Shown in pieces: positions 1 through 8,343 of a stretch of DNA of 34,601 bases. Origin of the DNA: a virus (lineage: Duplodnaviria; Caudoviricetes); IMG/VR virus record IMGVR_UViG_3300037789_000041, positions 1-34,601 of that record. One strand, written 5' to 3'. A model generated the notes under the pieces. The model made no database searches. It saw nothing but the letters and a program-made list of their open reading frames with translations, and was not told the origin of the DNA. How positions within the stretch are numbered: position 1 is the stretch's first letter; every line of letters begins with the position of its first letter. The position numbers and the translations under genes were made by a program.

Positions 1-127
1 ATTGGGTCGGTAGCCCTACCGACAGCACAAAACAGAATGTTCATTATGAAGGCCGCGTCCGCACCCCAATTGTGATCAGCCGCGCAGCGCCGGTGATGCC
101 GGAGGCCAGCCCGCGCATCCGGCGAGA
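1..127. repeat. Terminal direct repeat identical to 34475-34601 (circular-assembly overlap)
   Basis: ATTGGGTCGG...CCGGCGAGA is identical at both ends; 127 nt; lies inside a gene that reads through the join. Confidence 0.95.
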
Positions 128-1460
128 ATTTGGCGAAGTGGAGATTAGCAACGGCGACGGCGAGTTGGACTCTGTCGTTCAGTCTTACGCCATCGACGGG
201 CGGAACGTCGTGGTTAAATTCGGCCCTTACATGGGCGCTTATTCGGATTTCAGCGTCATTGCCGATGTGCTTGGTGTCGGCTGGCAGACTGATAGGGATA
301 ACGTCCGCATTCCGGTGAGGGATTGGACATTTATTCTTGACCAGCCATTGCAGACGAACCTTTACGCGGGGTCCGGCGGTGTCGAGGGTGGCGATGACTT
401 AGAAGGCAAACCCAAGCCCCTATGTTTTGGCCGTGTGCGGAACATCACGCCGCCGCTAGTCGATAGCACAAACGTCATTTATCAGGTGCACGACGGCGCA
501 GTCTTTGCGATTGACGGTGTGTTCGAGAGTGGGGCGGATATCACGCTGGACACGGGCGTCGGCACCGGCGGCGACGTAGCCGATTATGCAAGCCTTGTTT
601 CTGCCAGCGTGACGGCGGGGCAGTACGCCACTTGCAAGGCGGAGGGGCTATTTAAACTTGGTTCTAGCCCGACCGGGCTGATAACCGCTGATGTGCGCGG
701 CGACGTTGTCGGCGGCGTTTACGTCAACGGCGTTGATACCGTCGTGCGGCGGCTGCTGTTCAACCGAGCAGGTCTTTCAGAATCCCGTGTAAACAAAACC
801 AGCTTTGCGCAACTTGCGTCATCGGCATCTGGAGAAATGGGCTGGTTCATAGACCACCAGTCACGCCCCTCTGCGGGTGATGTGGTCGATGCAATCGTGC
901 GCGGCGTTGCCGGGTTTTGGGGCGCGGGGCGCGATGGCCGCATCCGGGCAGGAAGATTGTCTGTGCCGGAAGATGTGTCGCCGGTCTATGCACTGGATGA
1001 AATTTCCATCCTAGATCTTCGTATTGATGGGCAGCCGATTCCGCGCTACCGCCAGCGGGTAGCCTACAAGCCGAATTGGACGCCTGGGCAAGTAAATCTG
1101 GCCGCTTCTGTTACTGCTTCACGCCGTCAGTTTCTGACGGAACGTGACCGGTCTGCCGTCTCAATTGATACCACCGTGCAGGTAAGGCACCCAGAGGCAC
1201 TAGACACGGAAGCCCTTCTCTCTCCGTTCGAGAATTCGTCAGACGCGCAGACGCTTTCTGATGAGCTTCTTAGCCTTCACAAGCGAGATCGCATTGTAGT
1301 TCGCGCTCACGTAGCCCGATTGTCTTACCTCTTCGACCTCGGGCAGCCCCTTAGCGTCACGTGGGGGAGGCACGGGCTTTCATCGGGCCGCACGATGATC
1401 CTTGTGGGGGTTGAAGAAGACGCCCGCACGGGCACGGCGGACCTGCTTCTCTGGGGTTAG
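1..1460 (+). CDS. Tail-tip/baseplate hub-like protein, 3' part (true start 34213; ~573 aa across the circular join)
   Basis: Frame of ORF 72..1460 is open back through the repeat to ATG 34213, which overlaps the tape measure stop; GKPKPLCFG motif seen in phage tail proteins. Confidence 0.75.
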   Translation, partial: WVGSPTDSTKQNVHYEGRVRTPIVISRAAPVMPEASPRIRREFGEVEISNGDGELDSVVQSYAIDGRNVVVKFGPYMGAYSDFSVIADVLGVGWQTDRDNVRIPVRDWTFILDQPLQTNLYAGSGGVEGGDDLEGKPKPLCFGRVRNITPPLVDSTNVIYQVHDGAVFAIDGVFESGADITLDTGVGTGGDVADYASLVSASVTAGQYATCKAEGLFKLGSSPTGLITADVRGDVVGGVYVNGVDTVVRRLLFNRAGLSESRVNKTSFAQLASSASGEMGWFIDHQSRPSAGDVVDAIVRGVAGFWGAGRDGRIRAGRLSVPEDVSPVYALDEISILDLRIDGQPIPRYRQRVAYKPNWTPGQVNLAASVTASRRQFLTERDRSAVSIDTTVQVRHPEALDTEALLSPFENSSDAQTLSDELLSLHKRDRIVVRAHVARLSYLFDLGQPLSVTWGRHGLSSGRTMILVGVEEDARTGTADLLLWG

Positions 1461-1465
1461 ATTTA

Positions 1466-2245
1466 ATGGCACTTCCTGTTCTGGGTGTGGTCAACCACGT
1501 TGATCGCAGCGGCACCGTGTTAACTGCTTCCGGCACGACCGGCGACCTGACCGCGTCCAACATGGCTAATCCGATTGTTGGCCGCCGTTGGCGCACGTCG
1601 TCTCTGACTGCCTATTGCACGGTTGATTTTGGCTCGGATGTGGACATCGCGGTTATGGCCCTGCGCTTCCCGCGCGACACGACGTTTCCAACGTCAGGGA
1701 CGGTGCAGCATCAACTGGACCCGGATGGCGGGTCCGCTGGGTCTGGAGCCACTTACGACAGCGGGGCCGTGTCGATCAATACGACCGACGGCTATGGCTA
1801 TCACGTTATTGTTCCGGGGGCGGAGTATTCAGCGCGCTATTGGCGTTTCACGTTCAATGTCTCGGGTGTTTCCTTCTTGGATGTAGGCCGGGCTTGGGCC
1901 GGGCCGGTCTATCGGTCCACCTATGGCCTCGCGTTCGGCGACACAGATACGTGGCTTGATCCGTCTCTTCTTCAGACGGGCGCGCGCTCCGGCGCTGAAT
2001 ATGTGGATGCCCTGCCGGTTCGCCGCATTTTGCGTGACGGTTTTGTCGCCGTGACCAATTTGGAGCGGTCGGAGGTCAGGGAAATTGCCCGGCAGGCGGG
2101 CGCATCTTCGCAGGTTCTTTTCACCAGAGACGCCGACGCGGTTTCAACCGAAACCGTAATCGGACGTTTTCGTGCCGTCCCCCAACTCTCGCAGCAGCAG
2201 TGGGGCCGGTCCGTTTCCTCTTTTGAAATTCTGGAGAGCATGTAA
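1466..2245 (+). CDS. Tail-associated structural protein (beta-rich, distal-tail-like)
   Basis: 259 aa, position in tail module, ARYWRFTF motif. Confidence 0.65.
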   Translation: MALPVLGVVNHVDRSGTVLTASGTTGDLTASNMANPIVGRRWRTSSLTAYCTVDFGSDVDIAVMALRFPRDTTFPTSGTVQHQLDPDGGSAGSGATYDSGAVSINTTDGYGYHVIVPGAEYSARYWRFTFNVSGVSFLDVGRAWAGPVYRSTYGLAFGDTDTWLDPSLLQTGARSGAEYVDALPVRRILRDGFVAVTNLERSEVREIARQAGASSQVLFTRDADAVSTETVIGRFRAVPQLSQQQWGRSVSSFEILESM

Positions 2246-3304
2246 ATGGCAGCGCTTCTTCTCGACCGCGTTATCGAGACGACGACGACAACGGGTACGG
2301 GCACAATCAATCTGGCGGGCGCGCAGACAGGCTACAATGCCTTCCGCGATGAGGCGACGGATGGTGGGACGGTGTTCTACCTGATCCTTGACGATCCGGC
2401 GTCCCCAACTTCTTGGGAGTATGGTCTTGGGACGCTGACCTACGGCACCCCAGACACCCTTAGCCGAGATACGGTGCTGGACTCGTCAAACAGCGGATCA
2501 AAAATCAGCCTTGCTGCTGCGACGACATACACGGTTCTTTCTCCCTTCGGAAAGAATGCCGCGCAGCCGTCCAGTGAGGCAAAGACCACTGCTTACACCC
2601 TGACGATGACAGATATCGGCAAGTTCTTTTCGTGTGACGCATCAAGCGCTGGGTTTACTGTCACCTTGCCTGCCGCTGCGACCGCGACAGGCCGCTACTG
2701 GGCAATCGTCGCCAACACAGGCGCGAGCAACAATGTCACGCTCGACGCAGACGGATCTGAAACGATCAATGGTGCGACAACGCTTGTTCTGCCACCTAAC
2801 AGTAGCGCCCTGCTCCGGTGCGACGGGTCTGAATGGGCCGCTGTTACAAGCGATGATGTTGAAATTCAGTTTGCCTCGGCGTCGTCTGCAACGCCCGCAA
2901 GCGATGACAAGTTTCTCTTCAGCGACACTGACGACGGTGGAGCGGTAAAGACGGCTGCGCTCTCCGGCCTTGCTGCACTTGGCCTTCAGTTGAAAACCGG
3001 GGGCTACTCCGGCGACGGCACGACGAGCAACGCCATTACAGGCGTGGGCTTTGAGCCAAAATTCCTGTTCATCTGGGAAAGCCAGGCCGACGGCGGCAAC
3101 CCTCAGTGGGGCTTCACCTCCGACAGTTACATGGCGAACGACGCGCAAGGGCTCATGGTAGTGTTTAGCAACGCCGGTAACTCCTTCTCACAAGACAATC
3201 GCGTGCTGTCACTCGATAGCGACGGTTTCACTCTCTCGGACGACGGTGCCAATTCCTTCCCAAATACGTCTGGCACTGCTTACCAATATATTGCACTGGG
3301 GTAA
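2246..3304 (+). CDS. Putative tail fibre / receptor-binding protein
   Basis: 352 aa Thr/Ser/Gly-rich; N-terminal DRVIETTTTTGTGT and internal FTVTLPAAA...ETINGATTLVL modules typical of fibre proteins. Confidence 0.7.
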   Translation: MAALLLDRVIETTTTTGTGTINLAGAQTGYNAFRDEATDGGTVFYLILDDPASPTSWEYGLGTLTYGTPDTLSRDTVLDSSNSGSKISLAAATTYTVLSPFGKNAAQPSSEAKTTAYTLTMTDIGKFFSCDASSAGFTVTLPAAATATGRYWAIVANTGASNNVTLDADGSETINGATTLVLPPNSSALLRCDGSEWAAVTSDDVEIQFASASSATPASDDKFLFSDTDDGGAVKTAALSGLAALGLQLKTGGYSGDGTTSNAITGVGFEPKFLFIWESQADGGNPQWGFTSDSYMANDAQGLMVVFSNAGNSFSQDNRVLSLDSDGFTLSDDGANSFPNTSGTAYQYIALG

Positions 3305-3867
3305 TGACGATGACTGCACCAACATGGCTTGAAAACAACCGGCTTTACACGGCAGATATTGACTGTGGCCCGACTGTTGTGTTCGCAAAGGACACCACCG
3401 ACCCTCACCCGCAATATTACGCACCGTTTGCGTGGCACGACATTGACCTCACCCAGTTCGGGGTAAGTGCTGACGCCACATTCGCAGAGATCACAGGCAT
3501 TCTCGTGATTACCGATGTGGATAGCTACATCAACGATCTGCAAGCCTGCTTCCGGTCGCCTGGGTCGGCGCTGACAGCGGACAACTACCAACTGCAAGCA
3601 ACGACTGTGCAAAGCGGTAGCGGCTATCGCGGATCTCAGTCGGTCACTGTTCGCCCGGTCAACGGAATTGTGCAATTGTACTGGAAAGCCCTGACAAACG
3701 GTAACATTGACACGGGGGCGTCATCCTTCTTGATGAACTTGCGCTTGTCCAAGTGGGGCCGGAGCGTGGCGGAGTCCGGATCAACCGGCGGCGGTGGCGG
3801 CACGACACCCATGACTATCACTGTCCCGCCTGAAGGGCTTAACGTGGACATTGTGCAGGGAACTTAA
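3304..3867 (+). CDS. Hypothetical virion/tail-associated protein
   Basis: 187 aa, coupled to the fibre gene by TAATG overlap. Confidence 0.55.
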   Translation: MTMTAPTWLENNRLYTADIDCGPTVVFAKDTTDPHPQYYAPFAWHDIDLTQFGVSADATFAEITGILVITDVDSYINDLQACFRSPGSALTADNYQLQATTVQSGSGYRGSQSVTVRPVNGIVQLYWKALTNGNIDTGASSFLMNLRLSKWGRSVAESGSTGGGGGTTPMTITVPPEGLNVDIVQGT

Positions 3868-3922
3868 TCCGCTCCCACTGCAACGCCGATGCTTCTCAAC
3901 ATGCCGGGGAAGGTAGCATGAA

Positions 3923-4372
3923 ATGCGCCTCACGCTAAAGCGCCATACCAGCGGGCCAAATTCCACACTGGGGCGGCTGTACATAGACGGTGATTTCGCT
4001 TGTTACACCCTGGAAAACCCGTGGCTGAATAACGAGCGGCGTGTTTCCTGTATTCCGGCGGGTGAATACGAGCTTGGGCTGCGGAAAGAGGGCGGGTGGC
4101 ACGCGCGTGCCCTCACCAAGTTCGAGCGCGGCTTCCACAAGGGCATGTTGGAGGTACTGGACGTTCCCAACCGCTCTTACATCCTGATACACTGGGGTAA
4201 TTATCCGTCAAACACACAGGGTTGCATTCTGGTCGGAGAAACACAACAGGCTGACATGGTCGGGTGGTCGCTGGATGCCTATCGCAAGATATACCCCCAG
4301 ATTGCAGACGCGCTAGTGTGCGGGCATGACGTAACAATAGAGATCACGTCAGAAGAAGAGGCGCTGGCATGA
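3923..4372 (+). CDS. DUF5675-family protein, putative endolysin (L,D-peptidase-like)
   Basis: TLGRLYIDG..CYTLE..SCIPAGEY..VPNRSYILIHWGN..TQGCILVG signature; first gene of the lysis cassette. Confidence 0.75.
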   Translation: MRLTLKRHTSGPNSTLGRLYIDGDFACYTLENPWLNNERRVSCIPAGEYELGLRKEGGWHARALTKFERGFHKGMLEVLDVPNRSYILIHWGNYPSNTQGCILVGETQQADMVGWSLDAYRKIYPQIADALVCGHDVTIEITSEEEALA

Positions 4373-5514
4373 GCGAGCCTTGGGTGCGCAAGGAAGTCAT
4401 CGGCAACTGCACGCTCTATCAGGGTGACTGCTTAGAGGTGATGCCGATGCTTGGCAAGGTGGATGCTGTGGTGGACCGTTGCGATGCGGTGGTATATACT
4501 GAAAAACATGAACAAACAGCAAAAAGGCAACGTCGCGCGCCAGAAAAAAGCGACAGAGATTTGGGAGCCGCGCCGGGCGCAAATCATGGCTCTCTATGTC
4601 AACGGAGACATGTCTCAAGCGCAAATGGCCGCGATGTTTGCTGTCTCGCAGCAGGGGTTCCAGCGGGCAATCGCGAGGATGGGGATTCCATCGAAGGGGC
4701 GGGGCCGGGCAGGGCAATTGAACGGCAGGTTCATCGACGGGACTCAATCGACGGCGTATCGCCAAATGATAGTCAAGGACAAGTGCAATCGCTGCGGGGT
4801 GACGGATCAACTTGTTATTCATCACAAAGACCACGACCACACCAACAACACGCCGGACAATCTGGAAGTGTTGTGCAGCCCTTGTCATACGAGCCACCAC
4901 AAAACGGAATGGTGGCGCTCCCAGAAGGGTGGGCAATCCTGACAGACCCGCCTTATGGCCTTGGCAAAAAAATGCAGGGCGGAACCTGGGGGGCTAAAGA
5001 AGCTAACTCAGGTTTCTTGCGCTGGGATCTAACCGCCCCCGGTTGGCTGCCTAAAGCGATAGGGCGAACGCCTGCCATCGTCTGGGGCGGCAACTATTTG
5101 CCATTCGCGCCAGCGCGCTGCTGGTTGATCTGGAACAAGATTAACTCAGTACCGACCATGGCTGACTTTGAGCAGGCATGGACAAATTTTGACAGGCCGT
5201 CGAAGCGATTTGATCATCCCGTCGGGCGGGTACAACACGGGCATCCAACGGAAAAGCCTCTCCCGCTGATGGAATGGTGCCTTGGTTTCCTGCCTAACGC
5301 CCGAACCATCCTCGACCCCTTTATGGGCAGCGGCACGACTGGCGTAGCCTGCGTCAAGCAGGGCCGTAAGTTTATCGGCATAGAACTTGACCCGAACTAT
5401 TTCGAGATAGCCTGCGAGCGCATCCGGGATGCCTATCGCCAGCCGGACATGTTTATCGAGGCAGAGAAGCCGAATCCTGCTGAGCAAATTGACATGCTGG
5501 AGGAGGCGTCATGA
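4369..5514 (+). CDS. Beta-class N4C/N6A DNA methyltransferase with a 156-codon in-frame insertion
   Basis: LYQGDCL, TDPPY (motif IV), HPTEKP, ILDPFMGSGTTG (motif I), FIGIELD; the usual VDAVV-TDPPY stretch is split by 4474..4941. Confidence 0.85.
   Translation: MSEPWVRKEVIGNCTLYQGDCLEVMPMLGKVDAVVDRCDAVVYTEKHEQTAKRQRRAPEKSDRDLGAAPGANHGSLCQRRHVSSANGRDVCCLAAGVPAGNREDGDSIEGAGPGRAIERQVHRRDSIDGVSPNDSQGQVQSLRGDGSTCYSSQRPRPHQQHAGQSGSVVQPLSYEPPQNGMVALPEGWAILTDPPYGLGKKMQGGTWGAKEANSGFLRWDLTAPGWLPKAIGRTPAIVWGGNYLPFAPARCWLIWNKINSVPTMADFEQAWTNFDRPSKRFDHPVGRVQHGHPTEKPLPLMEWCLGFLPNARTILDPFMGSGTTGVACVKQGRKFIGIELDPNYFEIACERIRDAYRQPDMFIEAEKPNPAEQIDMLEEAS
4472..4500 (+). promoter_or_regulatory. Sigma70-like promoter for the nested HNH gene (probably leaderless mRNA)
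   Basis: TGGACC-17 nt-TATACT, with ATG 4508 seven nt after the -10 and no RBS. Confidence 0.5.
4508..4942 (+). CDS. HTH + HNH endonuclease nested in the +1 frame inside the MTase gene
   Basis: MSQAQMAAMFAVSQQGF (HTH), GQLNGRFIDG, CNRC..IHHKDHDHTNNTPDNLEVLCSPCH (HNH/Zn). Confidence 0.85.
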   Translation: MNKQQKGNVARQKKATEIWEPRRAQIMALYVNGDMSQAQMAAMFAVSQQGFQRAIARMGIPSKGRGRAGQLNGRFIDGTQSTAYRQMIVKDKCNRCGVTDQLVIHHKDHDHTNNTPDNLEVLCSPCHTSHHKTEWWRSQKGGQS

Positions 5515-5750
5515 GCGACGATCCGCGCGGCCCCTATGCCCCGAAGTGGACATATCGCCGCCTGATCGTCTTTTTCGGCGTGCCTTACTGCCTTCTCAGC
5601 AACACCGCGCTGGCTTTCTGGGGGCCTGATACGGACGTGGCTGAAGCCGTCGCCATACTGCACGGGTCTGTCTGCTTTTTCCTCATCACTTACTACCTGG
5701 TCGGCCCATCATGGGAAGGTGTGCAACTCACAAAGTGGATGCATAAATGA
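5511..5750 (+). CDS. Putative holin
   Basis: 79 aa, two hydrophobic segments, directly upstream of spanins. Confidence 0.6.
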   Translation: MSDDPRGPYAPKWTYRRLIVFFGVPYCLLSNTALAFWGPDTDVAEAVAILHGSVCFFLITYYLVGPSWEGVQLTKWMHK

Positions 5751-6136
5751 TTGGTATTGTCACAGGCATTGCCGCGCGCCTCTGGGGCTTCAAAGCCGTC
5801 AGATACGCGCTGTATGCCGGGCTTGTCCTGTCGCTGGCCTTTGGCTTCCTCAAATGGCGGGAGCATGAGGCTGTCGCACGTGAACGACTGGAACGTGCCC
5901 TCGCCGATGAGCAGGCGCTAAGATCCGAAGCGGAAAGACAGCGTGTCGCCGCTGAGTCAGCACTTGCCGCTGCCCGCACCCGCGCAGCAGAACGCGCTGC
6001 CGAGATTGAACGCATGGAAGGTGTTTTAAATGGATACCGTCAAGACCTGGCGTCTGGCATCGCTGTGCCTGCCCCTTATGATGATGCTTACCTTGACCGC
6101 CTGCGGGCCATCGAGGGTAACAGTCGCCCCAATTGA
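5747..6136 (+). CDS. Inner-membrane spanin (Rz-like)
   Basis: N-terminal TM helix then Ala/Glu/Arg coiled coil; overlapped by a lipoprotein gene. Confidence 0.7.
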   Translation: MIGIVTGIAARLWGFKAVRYALYAGLVLSLAFGFLKWREHEAVARERLERALADEQALRSEAERQRVAAESALAAARTRAAERAAEIERMEGVLNGYRQDLASGIAVPAPYDDAYLDRLRAIEGNSRPN

Positions 6137-6311
6137 CCTTCCTGCGCTTGACTCTGCCGACGCTGCGCCATGCGCCTATCCACGTGAGACCGGCGACAAG
6201 GGCGAGGATGCGCTAGAGCGTGCTGCCCTGCTGAAAGAGTGCCGCGCCAAGCACTGGTCTATTGTTGAGTTCTATCAAGACCTGCGTCGCGATCTGATAG
6301 GCGCTGAGTGA
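6030..6311 (+). CDS. Outer-membrane spanin lipoprotein (Rz1-like)
   Basis: Signal peptide with lipobox LTAC, Pro-rich linker, overlaps 3' end of the Rz-like gene. Confidence 0.7.
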   Translation: MDTVKTWRLASLCLPLMMMLTLTACGPSRVTVAPIDLPALDSADAAPCAYPRETGDKGEDALERAALLKECRAKHWSIVEFYQDLRRDLIGAE

Positions 6312-6559
6312 CCTTGTTTGACGTGTGTGCGGTAGGCGTTGTGGTACGCAGCGAACTCATGGAATTGCTGCGTAATGTCTTCCACAGTCGCGCGCATATC
6401 GCCGACAAAGCAACCTTCCATTGTGTCGGGTTCACACAGGTCCATTAGATCGAAAAGCTCCTTGGCCCTGGCTCGCAACTGATTGAACCGCGCTCGCGCC
6501 GCGCGGCGGGTCACCTCGTAATCGATGTCCTTAGTCATCGCGGTTTTTCGCTTTTCCAT
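6275..6559 (-). CDS. Hypothetical protein
   Basis: 94 aa, AGGAG RBS; last gene of the leftward operon. Confidence 0.55.
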   Translation of the reverse strand: MEKRKTAMTKDIDYEVTRRAARARFNQLRARAKELFDLMDLCEPDTMEGCFVGDMRATVEDITQQFHEFAAYHNAYRTHVKQGHSAPIRSRRRS

Positions 6560-6573
6560 TCTCTCTCCTACTC

Positions 6574-6912
6574 TTAGCCCTCTAGGGCTTTAATGCCTGC
6601 GGGGGTGATGCGCGCATAGTTCACAGGATGCCTTAAGTCCGGAAAAACCCACCGCACATGCTCCAGCAAACCTCGTGAAATGAGGCTGCTATAAGATGAG
6701 TAGGTGCGGGTTACATCTTGCACATCTTTGTATTCGTCTGCCGCGCAATCAGCCGAAAGCATTGTCGGCACAATTCGATTGCGTTCAAGAAGCCGCACGA
6801 CTGAGTCACGATCCTGCGCGGGCATTTTTGCCGCCCGCGTTCCGTCTGGCATTAGCTGTTCTGCCTTTTTTACATCGCGCAAAAGGTACAGGTCGGCTTC
6901 ACTCAGTTTCAT
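6574..6912 (-). CDS. Hypothetical protein (possible winged helix)
   Basis: 112 aa, AAGGAG RBS; SLISRGLLE...ITPAGIKAL resembles wHTH C-termini. Confidence 0.55.
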   Translation of the reverse strand: MKLSEADLYLLRDVKKAEQLMPDGTRAAKMPAQDRDSVVRLLERNRIVPTMLSADCAADEYKDVQDVTRTYSSYSSLISRGLLEHVRWVFPDLRHPVNYARITPAGIKALEG

Positions 6913-7213
6913 TATCTTCTCCTTCTGAGTGTGTGAGGCGTATTCGAGCTAGGTGATCCCACACAGACGGGCCGGGCTTGCCGCCAATTGAAGGGAACAG
7001 CGCCACAAGCGCTGCACCTTCCTCAGCGGTAATAACTTCACACCTACGGAAGCCGTTCCCGCGAAACAAGTTCCCGTCCGCATCGGCGACGTTGAAGCGA
7101 TCACCGCCCAACTTCGGCAGCATTGGAGGGTCAGCAATGAAGCCAACACAAAAGTGGTCGCACGGATCTCCGTCGTTGTACTTCGTGGCGAGAACGTAAT
7201 CTCCAGGTTTCAT
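6899..7213 (-). CDS. Phage hypothetical protein
   Basis: 104 aa MKPGDYVLATKY..DPCDHFCVGF; RBS; ATGA-coupled to the upstream gene. Confidence 0.6.
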   Translation of the reverse strand: MKPGDYVLATKYNDGDPCDHFCVGFIADPPMLPKLGGDRFNVADADGNLFRGNGFRRCEVITAEEGAALVALFPSIGGKPGPSVWDHLARIRLTHSEGEDNETE

Positions 7214-7240
7214 TGCGTTTCCCCTTCTGAGTGTGTGAGG
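6921..7240. repeat. 18-bp direct repeat CCTTCTGAGTGTGTGAGG at 6921-6938 and 7223-7240
   Basis: Exact copies at two consecutive gene junctions; both upstream proteins end ...LTHSEGE. Confidence 0.85.
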
Positions 7241-7398
7241 GAGGCGGAGAGCATGGCGGCATAGTTCTCGCGCGCTCGTTCATCGGGCTCCATGGGGAAC
7301 CCCTCCCACAGCATCTCCGGTGTAGGCTCCACCGGCACCACCACATGAGTGCCAGAGGCGTTTACGAGGGCTATGGTTTTTTTGAGTGATGGGGTCAT
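7210..7398 (-). CDS. Hypothetical protein (VVVPVEPTPEM motif)
   Basis: 62 aa from ATG 7398 overlapping the stop of 7395..7631. Confidence 0.6.
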   Translation of the reverse strand: MTPSLKKTIALVNASGTHVVVPVEPTPEMLWEGFPMEPDERARENYAAMLSASLTHSEGETQ

Positions 7399-7631
7399 GA
7401 GGATTCTCTTTGGAAGTCGGCTCGCGCCCCTCGGTAGACGGCCCACTTGTTCCAGTGGATTGCGCTTTCGCGACCCGTCGCGCGTTCGAACCAGAAGAAG
7501 TACATGCGGTCGGCGTCCAGCATCAGGCTGTAGCCGTCTGGCATTTTTTGAATGCCCAGGGATGCGGAGACATCTGCACAACCACAGCTGATATAGCCAG
7601 CGTAGTCCGGGTGGTCCGCTTCACTCATCAC
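7395..7631 (-). CDS. Hypothetical protein
   Basis: 78 aa, AAAGGTG RBS, coupled to the downstream gene. Confidence 0.55.
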   Translation of the reverse strand: MMSEADHPDYAGYISCGCADVSASLGIQKMPDGYSLMLDADRMYFFWFERATGRESAIHWNKWAVYRGARADFQRESS

Positions 7632-7661
7632 TAGTCACCTTTCTGAAAAGTCGTTGCAGTG

Positions 7662-7898
7662 TCATGCCAGCACCCACAGGGCAACGGCATAGATCCCCCA
7701 CGCAGCGGCGATAATGATGCCAGCCAGTACGATTTCGCGCAGTGGCGTGCCCCCGTCACTTGCACGCACGCTGTAAGGCAGTCCGATAATGATCAGCGTA
7801 ACGATGGCTGGAACAACCCACCAGCCAAAAAGGCTTACAGAAAGCCCAATCAACAAAAGCACCGCTGCTATGACAAGAAATGCTATAATGTGTCCCAT
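7662..7898 (-). CDS. Small membrane protein
   Basis: 78 aa, 2-3 hydrophobic helices, AAAGGA RBS. Confidence 0.55.
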   Translation of the reverse strand: MGHIIAFLVIAAVLLLIGLSVSLFGWWVVPAIVTLIIIGLPYSVRASDGGTPLREIVLAGIIIAAAWGIYAVALWVLA

Positions 7899-7902
7899 CG
7901 GC

Positions 7903-8343
7903 TTAATCCTTTTCTGTAGGGGTGGTCTTTAGGCGCATATCCGCATTTGCTTTAATAACGCGCAGAGCGCCCGCTATTGGCTGCCTCCCCGCAAGCGCGC
8001 TGCGGGCTTGTGCTGAGATGTATTTGAACACCCCGCTACCTGGCTCTTCTGGTGGGCCGACTTTGAGATCCCGAACTCTTGCAGCGTCTCTGAGGCATGC
8101 GTCGGCTGCCATAGCGGGGCCATTAGTCCACCTCCCAGAAGCGTCGCGCGTAGCGTGTGCTTCATGTGATGCGGCCTTGCACTCAAAATAGTTAGCCACT
8201 TCTTCCAACGCCGCATTGCGCGCCTCCTCCACCTCAGCCTTATAGGCTTCTATGGTAGCGAGTAGGCGTCCTTCGTCGTCTCCTGCGAGAAACCGCGCGA
8301 TGTCCCGCAACTCTTCTTCCGTGTACGGCTCAACCTCGCTCAT
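7903..8343 (-). CDS. Hypothetical protein
   Basis: 146 aa, ARNAALEEVA motif common in early phage genes; packed with neighbours. Confidence 0.55.
   Translation of the reverse strand: MSEVEPYTEEELRDIARFLAGDDEGRLLATIEAYKAEVEEARNAALEEVANYFECKAASHEAHATRDASGRWTNGPAMAADACLRDAARVRDLKVGPPEEPGSGVFKYISAQARSALAGRQPIAGALRVIKANADMRLKTTPTEKD

Noticed and set aside
4397-4936. 179-aa antisense ORF over the insert
   Set aside because: No motifs or RBS; shadow of the HNH gene
4474-4941. MTase insert as a group I intron or intein
   Set aside because: The HNH ORF and promoter fill the insert, leaving no ribozyme core; there is no His-Asn end, and the nuclease is in a different frame from the host protein
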